A stretch of 59,710 nt of DNA, filler included. It is 4 parts of 4 records of this genome, joined end to end, with 100 filler letters (N's around TTAATTAATTAA, not from the genome) between each part and the next. Parts side by side here need not be neighbours in the genome. Positions count along the whole stretch, not along the records: positions 1 to 29,781 come from DRR378314_1770; positions 29,882 to 43,010 come from DRR378314_1774; 2 more parts are not named here. One strand, 5' to 3'. The first letter of the stretch is position 1, and each line of letters opens with the position of its first letter. The notes under the pieces were generated by a model. It saw nothing but the letters and a program-made list of their open reading frames with translations. It had not been told where the DNA came from and did not search any database. The position numbers and the translations under genes were made by a program. Of this stretch, positions 21,621 to 31,850 are shown piece after piece.

Positions 21621-22499
21621 TTAACCACTTTTGGCCAATAGCTTCGTTAAAATTTCGGGCACAAATTTTCGCTGAGCAGTAATTGCGTAAAACAGCTCAT
21701 AAGCATCAGTTAGTCGCTGATACTGCGATAAAATTCCTTGCTCTATTTCATCTTTAATCACAACTGGCGGAAGTACCGAAAAAGCACCACTGTCGCGTAC
21801 AAGTAGACGTAACATGGCCATATCATCTGCTTCGGCTTTAATTTCAGGCTTGTATTGCCACTGCGCACACAGTGCATTAAATGAATCTCTAATTGCTGAT
21901 GTTTTACTAGGCAGTACCCATTGCGCATTTTCATAACCAACGGGAAAGTCATTCATTACTTTTTTATTAGCAGGTCCAACAATCGCTAATGGTTGGCGTG
22001 ACACAAGTTGACTCTGCCACAGCTGATCGTAATGCTCTGTTCCAACGGGTTTGTTAGTTAACACAAGATCTAACTCATGCTCTGCTAAGCCATTCAATAA
22101 ACCATCCATACGCCGTGCGGTGAGCGAGAAACTAATGTCAGGGTCATTCAACAATGGATTTATAAACTCTTCAATAAAGTTACGCGAAAGCGTATTGAGC
22201 ACGCCAATCGACAAATGCTGCTTCTGCGCAATGACTCCCTTCGTTAAAAAGGAAGATAACTCTTCGCCTGTATTAAAGATATCGTTTGCGTATGTCAGAA
22301 CACGCTTGCCCATGTCCGTTAAATTTAGGCTACGCCCTTTTCGCTCAAATAAACTGACATCCATAGTTTGCTCGAGCTGTTTTATTTGGCTGGATAAGGC
22401 TGATTGAGATACGTGTAGTTCTTTTGCAACGTGGGTTAAATTGCCCTGTAACGCTACGCGCCAGAAATAATATAAATGATGGTAATTAAGACGGCTCAT
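21621..22499 (-). CDS. NhaR-like LysR regulator divergent from dabBA
   Basis: LNYHHLYYFW...HVSQSALSSQIKQLE HTH and EADDMAMLRL. Confidence 0.93.
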   Translation of the reverse strand: MSRLNYHHLYYFWRVALQGNLTHVAKELHVSQSALSSQIKQLEQTMDVSLFERKGRSLNLTDMGKRVLTYANDIFNTGEELSSFLTKGVIAQKQHLSIGVLNTLSRNFIEEFINPLLNDPDISFSLTARRMDGLLNGLAEHELDLVLTNKPVGTEHYDQLWQSQLVSRQPLAIVGPANKKVMNDFPVGYENAQWVLPSKTSAIRDSFNALCAQWQYKPEIKAEADDMAMLRLLVRDSGAFSVLPPVVIKDEIEQGILSQYQRLTDAYELFYAITAQRKFVPEILTKLLAKSG

Positions 22500-22501
22500 A
22501 T

Positions 22502-22524
22502 ATAGTTAACTAAAACAGAACGAT
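22502..22524. promoter_or_regulatory. Candidate LysR T-N11-A box in the lysR/dabB divergent promoter
   Basis: ATAGTT-AACTAAAACAG-AACGAT imperfect palindrome next to the lysR start codon. Confidence 0.5.
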
Positions 22525-22597
22525 TGATTAGATTATATCTATTTTTCTTTGATTTACAACTTTGCCATACTGGCTCCATTATTAAAAGGAGTCGACA

Positions 22598-24169
22598 ATG
22601 AATGAATTAATCATGTCATTATTGGTTTTAACAATCCCCGTTAGCCTAATGATGACAGCGTATAAAGTAGGCGTCAAAACTCAATCAAACGATGGGAAAC
22701 ATCTATTTTATTTGCTCATTGCCAATGCGGCCTTACTAGCAACTGTTGCTGTAGCGCACACTGTATTCTCATTTACCCCCCATTCATTTTTATCTTTATC
22801 GCCCACACGGCTTATTATGCTTGCGCTGATTGTGTTTATAGGGACAAGCCTGGTCAAATTCTGTCAAAATTACATGGCAGGAGAGCCCCGCATTAATTAT
22901 TTTTGGCGCTGGCTACTCACCACATTGTCTGCAGTAACCTTGGTGGTGATCAGTAATCATTTAGTGTTGCTTTGGCTCGGCTGGGTATGTATTAGCTTGG
23001 CATTGCATCAACTCCTTATGTTTTACCCAAACAGACCCCGTGCAGCCCTCGCGGCGCACAAAAAGTTCATTGTGGCTCGTGTAGCCGAAACCAGCTTACT
23101 GCTGGCCTTCGTTTTACTTTATAACGTTCATAACACGTGGTTTATTAGTGATTTGAGCCTTGCCTATACTAACAACAGCGGCCCGCTTAGCATAAGTGAA
23201 CAACTTGCAGGCGTGCTCATTGCGATTGCTGCACTAATAAAATGTGCTCAGTTGCCTCTGCATGGTTGGCTTATACAAGTGGTAGAAGCTCCAACGCCGG
23301 TGAGTGCATTACTGCACGCTGGGGTTATAAACCTTGGCGGTTTTTTACTGATTTTATTTGCCCCTTTGTTTATGCAAGCGACAGTCGCACAGTGGTTGGT
23401 ATTAGTTGTTGCAGGTTTAACCACAGTTATCAGTGCGCTAGTAATGACAACACGAGTCAGTGTTAAAGTAAGAATGGCTTGGTCTACCAGTGCGCAAATG
23501 GGGTTAATGTTATTAGAATGCGCGCTAGGGCTATTTGAATTAGCCTTGCTCCACTTAGTCACCCACTCCATGTACAAGGCCTATGCTTTTTTAAACGCAG
23601 GCAATGCGATAAATGAAGATATAAAGCGCCGTCATGCTCCGGAACACGTACCCACTACTGCAAATTGGTTACTGGGTTTTAGTGTGTCTTCAGTGCTTGT
23701 TGGTTTAGCTTGGTATCTCAGTGGGTACAGTGGTGCTGTAAGTATTTGGTTATTATTAACGTGTGCTTTGACAATGCTCATCGCAACAAAGCATGGCACT
23801 ACAAATGGCTCAGTCATCATCTCCACGATTATGGCAGCTGTGATAGCAACACTTAGCTATATAAGTTTAAAAGCCGTTTTCACTCTAGCTATCGGTACCA
23901 CTGTTTGGCGAGAAGCTGCTTTCAGCTCAGCTGATAACTGGGCTACCCTGCTTATTGTTGTGTTAGTCGGGTTGAGCTATCTACTAAAAAATCAGAGTCA
24001 ACACCCTAAAGTAAAAGCCCTCTCAGCCTTGTTATTTGCAGGGTTATATTTGGATGAATGGTTTACCCGCCTCACATTAAAAATTTGGCCTATTCGCTTG
24101 CCAGTTAATGCGCGCACAAATACTAAAAGTCACAGTAAAATAGTGACGATACTGGAGTCAAAATCATGA
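22598..24169 (+). CDS. dabB: DabB/MpsA: NuoL/ND5-like membrane subunit of an inorganic carbon transporter
   Basis: KCAQLPLHGWL...EAPTPVSALLHAG, STSAQMGLM, HLVTHSMYKAYAFL. Many TMs and a 4-bp overlap with the DUF2309 gene. Confidence 0.92.
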   Translation: MNELIMSLLVLTIPVSLMMTAYKVGVKTQSNDGKHLFYLLIANAALLATVAVAHTVFSFTPHSFLSLSPTRLIMLALIVFIGTSLVKFCQNYMAGEPRINYFWRWLLTTLSAVTLVVISNHLVLLWLGWVCISLALHQLLMFYPNRPRAALAAHKKFIVARVAETSLLLAFVLLYNVHNTWFISDLSLAYTNNSGPLSISEQLAGVLIAIAALIKCAQLPLHGWLIQVVEAPTPVSALLHAGVINLGGFLLILFAPLFMQATVAQWLVLVVAGLTTVISALVMTTRVSVKVRMAWSTSAQMGLMLLECALGLFELALLHLVTHSMYKAYAFLNAGNAINEDIKRRHAPEHVPTTANWLLGFSVSSVLVGLAWYLSGYSGAVSIWLLLTCALTMLIATKHGTTNGSVIISTIMAAVIATLSYISLKAVFTLAIGTTVWREAAFSSADNWATLLIVVLVGLSYLLKNQSQHPKVKALSALLFAGLYLDEWFTRLTLKIWPIRLPVNARTNTKSHSKIVTILESKS

Positions 24170-26586
24170 ACGCAGCAATCGCACAGTGCGAAAAAAATAC
24201 GCTCAGCCCTAAACACAAAGACATATTAAACACAGTATGTGGCTATATTGCACCTAGTTGGCCGTTAGACCAAATGATTGCCGTAAACCCATTTTGGCAA
24301 ATGCGTACTATGCCGATAGAGCACGTTGCTGCGCGCATTGGCACCCTTAGCAATACCAAGCTACAAATGCCTAAAGCGTATTACCAAGAAAAATATAAAC
24401 AGCATACTATTACCGATAAACATCTGCAGGATGCCGCCTTTGTACTTGGCGTCGATATGACCATTGAGCAGCTCAAAGACTCTCTTAATATTGAATTGCC
24501 AATTAAGCATTGGCATAACATTTCAGATTTGCTTGATACCCAACGAGATCCTCATAAAATGGCTTGGCATGATGAAATCATTCAGCAAATTAGTCAGTTT
24601 TGTGCAGCCCATTATCAGCAACTTGGCCCCATGCTGCATCGCAATGATGTGTCGCAGGTTGACGACCTTTACGCTCATTGGCTAAAAGTAATCCAAGCTG
24701 ACAAGGGTGTAAGCATTATTATGGATGAAAAACACCTTAACCATTATTTTGCTAAGCTGCCAGACACAGCAGATAAATTAATTGCCATGGCGATTGATTG
24801 CTTGGGAATTAGCGAAGATATCTTAGAATATTATGCCCACTCACTGTTACTGGATATTAATGGATGGGCATCATGGCTTGCTTATCTTCGCTGGCAAGGA
24901 GATTTGTATCAACAGCCTCATGAGGAAATGCATCAGCTGCTTGCAATTCGCATGGCCTGGGACGTAGTTATTTGGCAATACGTTGAGCAACATGACTCCA
25001 AAAGCTTTCAATTACTGCGTTCACAATGGCAACACGAAAAAGCTGAACTATTTGAGCGCTTCAATAACCATAAAATAGCTCAGCAACCAGGTTGGGTGTG
25101 GGCTAAGGCACACGAACTAAGTTATCAGCAAACGTTAAATGAAACTCTACTTAATGCAAGCAAAGCCACACCTGCCAAAGCGCAGCTTCAAGCCGTATTT
25201 TGTATCGATGTACGCTCCGAGGTCATGCGTCGTGCGCTAGAGTCACAAAGTCAAACAATTGAAACCTTTGGCTTTGCCGGTTTTTTTGGCTTACCTATTG
25301 AGTATCAAGCTAATGCAAGCGCGCTAAAACGTCCGCAATTGCCCGGTTTATTAAAACCGATCATTCAAGTCAGCGAGCAAAAAGGCAGCCATAAAATAAC
25401 GGCAGAGCGCAGCTTAACTGCCGCATGGCAAAATTGGTCTAAAGCCGCTCCGTCAGCGTTTTCGATGGTTGAATCAATGGGTTGGCTCTATGCACTCAAG
25501 CTTTTAAAAAATACCTTTTTAGCAAACAATACGTCAAACCACCACTGTCATGATACTCAATGGCAATTGAGCAAAGACAACATTCAGCTCAATACAGAGG
25601 ACAAAACTGAGCTGGCTTACACCGTGCTTAATGCAATGGGACTTACTGAGTATGCAGAAAAAATACTATTGGTAGGACACGGCAGCCACAGTACCAATAA
25701 CTTACATGCTGCTGGCCTTGATTGCGGCGCATGTGGCGGGCAGACAGGGGAAGTAAATGTGCGTGTATTAGCATCCTTACTTAATGAGCCTGATGTACGT
25801 AAGCAACTACAAAACCGTGGTATATCACTGCCTGATGATTGCCAATTTGTAGCCGCTTTGCACAATACTACAACTGATGAAATCACCCTTTTTGATTCAT
25901 CACTCAATCCAACCATGTCGCAATGGCTGCGAACAGCCACTAAACAGGCTCAACAAGAACGTTTGCAATACATCGAACCACGTTTAACGAATGCCTCGCC
26001 GAGTCAAATCAATCAAGCTTACCAAAAACGGGCGAACGATTGGTCACAGGTTCGCCCTGAATGGGGACTTGCTAATAATGCCGCATTTATTGTGGCACCG
26101 CGTAACTGGACCCGCGACGTTGACTTAAAAGGCCGCGGCTTTTTACATGACTACCAATGGCAACATGACACCGAGTTTAGTTTATTAGAATTGATCATGA
26201 CCGCGCCCATGATTGTTACAAACTGGATCAACACCCAATACAATGCCTCCGTGACTGATAACTATAAGTACGGCAGTGGCAATAAAGTGCTACATAATGC
26301 AGTGGGGGGTAACATAGGCGTATTTGAGGGCAATGGTGGCGACTTACGTATAGGACTCGCTATGCAATCGCTTCACAATGGCAAGCAATGGATGCACGAG
26401 CCCTTACGCCTGAGTGTATATATTGCCGCACCACGTGATGCAATCTTTGCGATATATCAAAAGCACGGCATGATTAAAAACCTCGTAGATAATGATTGGT
26501 TAACTCTACTGCGCTGGGGAGACAACAATGAAATTGAACGCTTGTGCAAAAACGCATGGCATAGCCAAAAAGCCAAAGCCGAATAA
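24166..26586 (+). CDS. dabA: DabA/MpsB (DUF2309) beta-carbonic-anhydrase-like subunit
   Basis: IAPSWPLDQMIAVNP. Zn ligands in FCIDVRSE, VGHGS and LDCGACGG. DWSQVRPEWGLA and HEPLRL. Confidence 0.95.
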   Translation: MNAAIAQCEKNTLSPKHKDILNTVCGYIAPSWPLDQMIAVNPFWQMRTMPIEHVAARIGTLSNTKLQMPKAYYQEKYKQHTITDKHLQDAAFVLGVDMTIEQLKDSLNIELPIKHWHNISDLLDTQRDPHKMAWHDEIIQQISQFCAAHYQQLGPMLHRNDVSQVDDLYAHWLKVIQADKGVSIIMDEKHLNHYFAKLPDTADKLIAMAIDCLGISEDILEYYAHSLLLDINGWASWLAYLRWQGDLYQQPHEEMHQLLAIRMAWDVVIWQYVEQHDSKSFQLLRSQWQHEKAELFERFNNHKIAQQPGWVWAKAHELSYQQTLNETLLNASKATPAKAQLQAVFCIDVRSEVMRRALESQSQTIETFGFAGFFGLPIEYQANASALKRPQLPGLLKPIIQVSEQKGSHKITAERSLTAAWQNWSKAAPSAFSMVESMGWLYALKLLKNTFLANNTSNHHCHDTQWQLSKDNIQLNTEDKTELAYTVLNAMGLTEYAEKILLVGHGSHSTNNLHAAGLDCGACGGQTGEVNVRVLASLLNEPDVRKQLQNRGISLPDDCQFVAALHNTTTDEITLFDSSLNPTMSQWLRTATKQAQQERLQYIEPRLTNASPSQINQAYQKRANDWSQVRPEWGLANNAAFIVAPRNWTRDVDLKGRGFLHDYQWQHDTEFSLLELIMTAPMIVTNWINTQYNASVTDNYKYGSGNKVLHNAVGGNIGVFEGNGGDLRIGLAMQSLHNGKQWMHEPLRLSVYIAAPRDAIFAIYQKHGMIKNLVDNDWLTLLRWGDNNEIERLCKNAWHSQKAKAE

Positions 26587-27064
26587 CCATGCATCTGTGT
26601 TAACCCCGCAGGCTATAACGTAAGCGAGACAGACACTTTTGCTTCTCAAGGTTTAACAATTGTTAAGCAAGTAACCACTAAAACAGTGGAAAACGAGTGC
26701 TCAATTTAAAATCAGCACTGGATATTAACCTTGCCTAATGCTTTGGAAAAAGTGCTAAATCGAACCCAATTGCAGGCGCGATTTAATCACTATAAGCCGC
26801 TCATAGGGCAGGTCACGCCAGATTTAAGGGCAAGGAACAGCCCGCAAAGATAAGCTATGATTGTCAACACCGCGAAAGACTTAGCATAGCGGCTTAACGC
26901 CAAATGCCCTGAGTGTGATACAGCAAACTTTGTAATTTAAAAAGCCCCCACCGGGGCTAATATGCGCGCAATGTTCACTACCAATCAAACAAGTTAAGGA
27001 GTATATAAATCACAGTAAACACGCCGAAGGGGCTACCATGTATTGTCAACTTTGTAACCCTTAA
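26587..27064 (+). pseudogene. Decayed DUF6671-like Cys-rich gene remnant directly after dabA
   Basis: In the dabA frame: ...TPDLRARNSPQR*AMIVNTAKDLA*RLNAKCPECDTANFVI*KAPTG, then a +1 shift in GGGG (26953-26956) to LICAQCSLP...MYCQLCNP*. In-frame stops at 26707, 26851, 26887 and 26938. No start codon. Confidence 0.75.
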
Positions 27065-27108
27065 AGTTATCCATTTACACTGATAATTTAGACTAAACGC
27101 TGGTTAAT

Positions 27109-27702
27109 TTAGTTATCAGCCAGCGCTTTTTCAATCAAAGGCACTAGAGGCGCTGGCAATGTAATGTTGCCGGCTAGTACAAATTCATGTGCCTGTGGTG
27201 ACATTTTTTGCCACGTGCGCTGTAAAATCCCGATCCACTTTTGCTCATCATAGTCAGGCTTGGTTGCTGCAAATGCCAACATGTAGTGCTCTATAAACAC
27301 AAGACTTGCAATATCTTCAACCAGTTGGCTGTCTGGGTTGCGTTTTATTTGTTGCTTAGCCACTGCTGCATAAACACGGTCTTGCTGTTGCTGTGAGAAG
27401 CCCGCTTGCTGCATTAACTTAACAACCGTACTGGCATGAAAAGTATAAAGCGCACTGCGCCATTGGTGATAACCTTGCTTATTCATAGGATAATCACTGC
27501 GTGGCGATTTCCAGCGCTCAATATGCTGGGCACGCACTGCAACATGCATTAATTGATCGCTATCTGGCGCAAAGCGATCTAGCATATTGGTCATATGCTC
27601 TGAATATAACCGCTCCTTTGGCCACATCTCGTGTGCATACTGCTCTTTATTTGGATCGTGGCTATTTGCCTCATCAATTAACTGTATTACTTGCTTGAAC
27701 AT
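27109..27702 (-). CDS. DUF4202 domain protein
   Basis: IDEANSHDPN, RAQHIERW, PRSDYP, GYHQWR, QLVEDIASLVF, TWQKMS. Confidence 0.88.
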   Translation of the reverse strand: MFKQVIQLIDEANSHDPNKEQYAHEMWPKERLYSEHMTNMLDRFAPDSDQLMHVAVRAQHIERWKSPRSDYPMNKQGYHQWRSALYTFHASTVVKLMQQAGFSQQQQDRVYAAVAKQQIKRNPDSQLVEDIASLVFIEHYMLAFAATKPDYDEQKWIGILQRTWQKMSPQAHEFVLAGNITLPAPLVPLIEKALADN

Positions 27703-27758
27703 ACTAACAATACCGCTCTCAATATTTATTTAACCTGATTTTAAATGGGTATATCCCA

Positions 27759-28223
27759 TTATAGTGAGTTAAATTGACTCAGATCGCTGGCTAATGAGAC
27801 CTTTGGTTTTTCAATCATGCGTGCAATCTCTTTTCCGTCATCCAGCACAATCATTGTTGGGGTGTATTTTAAATTGTATTGCTGTGCAATACCTTGTGGG
27901 TCACGCTTATCGTATCCTACGCCTACCAAGGTTAAACTTTTAAGTGCCACCTCAGACTGCGCAATAAGCTTTAGCAATCTAGGCACCTCGCGTTCGCTAT
28001 CGTGGCACCAGGTTCCAAACAGAACCACAATATCTTTACCATCAAGCTTTTGAATTTTTGCAAGTTCATCATTAGAAGGAGTAAACACAGTAAACTCCTT
28101 ATTAAACTTTGCATAATCAGCCAATAAACGTGTAGTTGAAATTTCGCCCACAAAAGGGCCTTTATCTGCCATGGCTAAAGGTGCAACGAACATTGCAAGC
28201 ACCAATAGAAATTGTTTAAACAT
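27759..28223 (-). CDS. Exported thioredoxin-like protein (CxxS)
   Basis: Signal peptide, FGTWCHDSEREVP, cis-Pro region YTPTMIV. Confidence 0.88.
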   Translation of the reverse strand: MFKQFLLVLAMFVAPLAMADKGPFVGEISTTRLLADYAKFNKEFTVFTPSNDELAKIQKLDGKDIVVLFGTWCHDSEREVPRLLKLIAQSEVALKSLTLVGVGYDKRDPQGIAQQYNLKYTPTMIVLDDGKEIARMIEKPKVSLASDLSQFNSL

Positions 28224-28237
28224 TTTATGTTCCTTTA

Positions 28238-29781
28238 TTATTGTTGTAATACGTTGTGCTCTGTACGATGCTGCTCTTTTTGCAGGTACATGCGCTTATC
28301 CGCTTGTGATAAACACTTCGAAGGCGTGTCTTGCTCAGCACTATTACAAATACCATAACTAATGCCTGCTTGCGCCCACTTTTCGTGAATTTTGTCAGGC
28401 AATATATCCAATAGCTTTTGCGTGCTCCCTAACTTACTCGTTAATTGCTCAAAGCGAAGTAAAGGTAGCAACATAACAAATTCATCGCCGCCTGTTCTAA
28501 AAATACTGCCATGAGCGGCAAATGTCTCTAGTAAATATTTAGCCACGAAAGTGATAAGCTTATCGCCTTCGCCATGACCTAGGTTGTCATTTATTTTTTT
28601 AAGACCATCAATATCTAAATAAACCACCACATAGTGTGGCCCTAATTTTGAGATCCCCTCATTCAATGCATAGCGATTGCCTAACTTTGTCAGTGGATCT
28701 AAGCGCGATAAGTAAAAGTTACGGTTATATTCTGATTGTTTTATCTTAAACCATTCAGTGAGAGAGAGCATAATACACATGCAATCAATGGCCAATGCAG
28801 ACACAACTAACGACTCAGCATAGTCAAGCTCACCAAAAACGTCACTATGAGATAGCATGTAATAAATAAGCGACAACCCATAAAGCACGTTACCAAATAA
28901 AAAGTACTTCGCTCTAAAGTCTTTTAATTTGAGCATATAAACGCCAATAACAATCGTCACGCTTATCCAAAGCATTGCAAATATATGTGAAACAGCAAAA
29001 GCAAATGAGAAAGAAGTAAACGCAATCACACCTGCGGCGACTGCACTGGCAATAGTTAGCCAATGTAAAAACTTATACGTTTTGCGATGATTGTCCTTAC
29101 ATTCAAATAAATCAGCCACAAACTGGGCGGCAAAAGCGACGGCTAATGGGAAAATATACATGCCTAAATAAACAGTATTGAAGGAGAGATTAAGCAAATC
29201 ATCAATTAACCCTGATGCCGCCGCCCATCCAATCCCATGAAAGCCTAAGTAGCCAGCACACGTTATCGCAATACGATTACGGGTACCAAAGTAAATAAAT
29301 GATGTTAATAAAGCTAAAAGTAACATGGCAAAGATAGCCGCAACCGACAATACATTATTAACAGTTTGAAAACGGTAAAACGATTCACTATTTAATAATT
29401 TAATAGACACAGGGGATGGGTATTTTTGTGCTGAAATAACCACCCAAAGCTCCCCTTTTTCACCTTTATTCATAGAAAGGCTAAATGCTTGAAAGTGCAG
29501 TAATTGCGGTGTTTTATTATCTGCTAACTGAGAAAATTCTTGTGTAATAACGATTGAATCGATGGGGTTAAAATAATAGCCAAGTCCTTGGTCAATAAAA
29601 TTAGTTTTGGGCACTATAAACCATCGCTCGGTGCTGTTAGCAACTACAGTTAACTTGGTAACAAAACGCCCAGACTTACCAATAATTGAATCAACAGCTT
29701 GCTGTTTATTGTACCAATCATCTATCGCATCAATATTATGTGGGTCAAACTTATCAGGCAGCCGTTTCCACAAATTATTGT
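28238..29781 (-). CDS. 7TM-DISM sensor diguanylate cyclase (5'-truncated at contig end)
   Basis: About seven TM segments, then DPLTKLGNR, DIDGLKKINDNLGH and RTGGDEF. Frame is open to the contig edge. Confidence 0.9.
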
Positions 29782-29881
29782 NNNNNNNNNNNNNNNNNNN
29801 NNNNNNNNNNNNNNNNNNNNNNNNNTTAATTAATTAANNNNNNNNNNNNNNNNNNNNNNNNNNNNNNNNNNNNNNNNNNNN
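29782..29881. other. Artificial contig linker
   Basis: N44-TTAATTAATTAA-N44 with stops in all six frames. Genes are broken on both sides. Confidence 0.99.
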
Positions 29882-29882
29882 T

Positions 29883-30449
29883 CAGGTAATTCAGAGTAAC
29901 AACTTTAATGACGGGACTACCATAGCCACTATTGCCGATTTGAGTATTATGATATTTGAAGGGAAAGTGGATGAAGGTGAGGTCGGAAAATTGGAATTGG
30001 GAATGCCCCTGGAAATTAGTTTGGGCGCCATTAACGATAAAAAGTTCGATGCCAAACTTAGGTTTATTGCACCTAAGGGGGTTGAGGAATCTGGAGCTGT
30101 ACAGTTTAAGATAGAGGGCGATGTAACCGTAGAGGACGACTTTTTGATCCGTGCCGGTTATAGTGCCAATGCCTCCTTGGTACTGGAAAAGAAGGATAGT
30201 GTAATGGTAATACCCGAGGCCCTTTTACAATTTGATAAGGTAACGGATAAACCCTTTGTTGAAGTGGCCATAGGTACTGTAGAGGAACAAAAATTTGAAA
30301 GAAAGGATGTTGAAATAGGGATTTCGGACGGGGTTAATGTGGAAATTGTTTCGGGCATTACCAAGGATGATAAGGTGAAGATATGGAACAAAACGGAGCC
30401 TATTAAGAAAGGTACCGAAGAAGATAGTGAAACAGAGGAAGGTAAATAA
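29883..30449 (+). CDS. Efflux periplasmic adaptor subunit (MacA/HlyD-like), 5'-truncated
   Basis: Open from the contig edge (QVIQSNNFNDGTTIATIADL). FEGKVDEGEVGK, IRAGYSANA, GISDGVNVEIVSG. Confidence 0.88.
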   Translation, partial: QVIQSNNFNDGTTIATIADLSIMIFEGKVDEGEVGKLELGMPLEISLGAINDKKFDAKLRFIAPKGVEESGAVQFKIEGDVTVEDDFLIRAGYSANASLVLEKKDSVMVIPEALLQFDKVTDKPFVEVAIGTVEEQKFERKDVEIGISDGVNVEIVSGITKDDKVKIWNKTEPIKKGTEEDSETEEGK

Positions 30450-30490
30450 GCGGAACATCAATCAAAAAACAATCAAAAAATAATCAAAAC

Positions 30491-31831
30491 ATGAAAATTA
30501 AGATACTTATAGGGTTGTTTATTTTCTGTTGTGGCGTACTATCCGCCCAAGAAAAGAAATGGACCTTGGAAGAATGTGTTTACTATGCCGTGGAGAATAA
30601 CTTGACCATAGAGCAGTTTGAACTCGATCTTGAAAATGCCAAAATAGATAAGTCCGATGCCATCGGTGATATGTTGCCCAATTTTAATGCAAATGCAAGT
30701 GTTTCCGGTAATTCTGGGCTCGTTTTGGATCAATCCAGGAACCAACAGGTTACTGGAACCGTAACAACTGCATCAGGAGGATTTAGTTCCTCGGTAAATC
30801 TATTTGATGGGCTCAGGAATATTCATCGGTTAAATAGGGCAAAACTGAATGCCTTGGCCAATCAGTATAGATTGGATAACTTAAAGGACGATATTATGCT
30901 TGCGGTGGCCAATGCCTACTTACAGGTTTTGTCCAATAAGGAGTCGCTTAAAGTCTTTAGGGCACAATATGCCGTAACCGAGCAGGATTTGGTCAGGACC
31001 AAGGAATTGGTGGATGCCGGTGTTGTTCCAAGGGGCGATTTGTTGGAAATAGAGTCTACTGCCGCGAATCAGGAACAGCAAATTGTAAATGGTGAGAACC
31101 AAGTGTTGATCTCTAGGATAGGCCTGGCACAATTGCTTCAAATCAGGGACTACGAAAATTTTGATATCGCGGATGAGGAATTTGACATTCCACCCTCCAA
31201 TATATTGGACAATTCCCCCAAAACGATTTTCGACAAGGCCCTTACCTTTAGGAATGACATTAAATTCTCACTTTCCAATGTGGAATTGGCTCAAAAAGAT
31301 TTACAAATAGCCAAAGGTGCAGTTTACCCAACTTTAGGGGCTTTCTTTAACTATGGCACACGATATTCAAGCGAATTTAGGGATCCAGTGACTTTTAATA
31401 GAATCGCCTTTGCCGACCAGTTGTATTTAACGGATGGTATTGCCTATGGGCTGCAATTGAATATTCCTGTATTTAATGGATTTAGTGTTAACAACAATAT
31501 TAAAAGGGCCAAAATTGGGGTAGAAAGGTCACGTTTGCAGTTGGAACAGGATAAATTGGATTTGGAAACCAATGTCAATCAGGCCTATGTAGATGTTAAG
31601 AGCTTTTCAAAGGCCTATGAAGCTGCCCAAAAAACTTTGGATGCCCGTAGGTTGGCCTATAATTATTCAAAAGAGCGATTTGATGTAGGCCTAATGAACG
31701 CCTTCGATTTTAGTCAGTCGCAGTCCAGGGTAGATAATGCAGAGGCCGAATTAATAAGGACCAAATATGACTATATATTTAGATTAAAGGTTCTGGAATT
31801 TTATTTTGGTTTACCTATAACATTGGATTAA
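30491..31831 (+). CDS. TolC-family outer membrane efflux protein
   Basis: Signal peptide, WTLEECVYYAVENNL, two OEP repeats, C-terminal KYDYIFRLKVLEFY. Confidence 0.93.
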   Translation: MKIKILIGLFIFCCGVLSAQEKKWTLEECVYYAVENNLTIEQFELDLENAKIDKSDAIGDMLPNFNANASVSGNSGLVLDQSRNQQVTGTVTTASGGFSSSVNLFDGLRNIHRLNRAKLNALANQYRLDNLKDDIMLAVANAYLQVLSNKESLKVFRAQYAVTEQDLVRTKELVDAGVVPRGDLLEIESTAANQEQQIVNGENQVLISRIGLAQLLQIRDYENFDIADEEFDIPPSNILDNSPKTIFDKALTFRNDIKFSLSNVELAQKDLQIAKGAVYPTLGAFFNYGTRYSSEFRDPVTFNRIAFADQLYLTDGIAYGLQLNIPVFNGFSVNNNIKRAKIGVERSRLQLEQDKLDLETNVNQAYVDVKSFSKAYEAAQKTLDARRLAYNYSKERFDVGLMNAFDFSQSQSRVDNAEAELIRTKYDYIFRLKVLEFYFGLPITLD

Positions 31832-31833
31832 GC

Positions 31834-31841
31834 TATATTTG
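31834..31841 (+). promoter_or_regulatory. Bacteroidota -7 promoter element before tsaB
   Basis: TATATTTG fits TAnnTTTG, 9 bp before the ATG at 31851. Confidence 0.6.
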
Positions 31842-31850
31842 CGGTCTATT

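Noticed and set aside
26800..26915. Possible structured ncRNA or c-di-GMP-I riboswitch (GGTCACGC...AGGGCAA...CGCAAAG; AGGGCA/TGCCCT and GCTATG/CATAGC pairings)
   Set aside because: Lacks the GAAA tetraloop/receptor architecture and has no downstream gene. The same bases translate to DUF6671-like motifs, so a pseudogene explains them better.
26587..27064. Stop-codon recoding or dabA readthrough (several stops fall where Gln would fit)
   Set aside because: Neighbouring genes end normally in TAA/TAG. The remnant also has a frameshift and deletions, which fits ordinary decay.
29826..29837. TTAATTAATTAA palindrome recurring three times
   Set aside because: Synthetic six-frame stop linker inside N padding.
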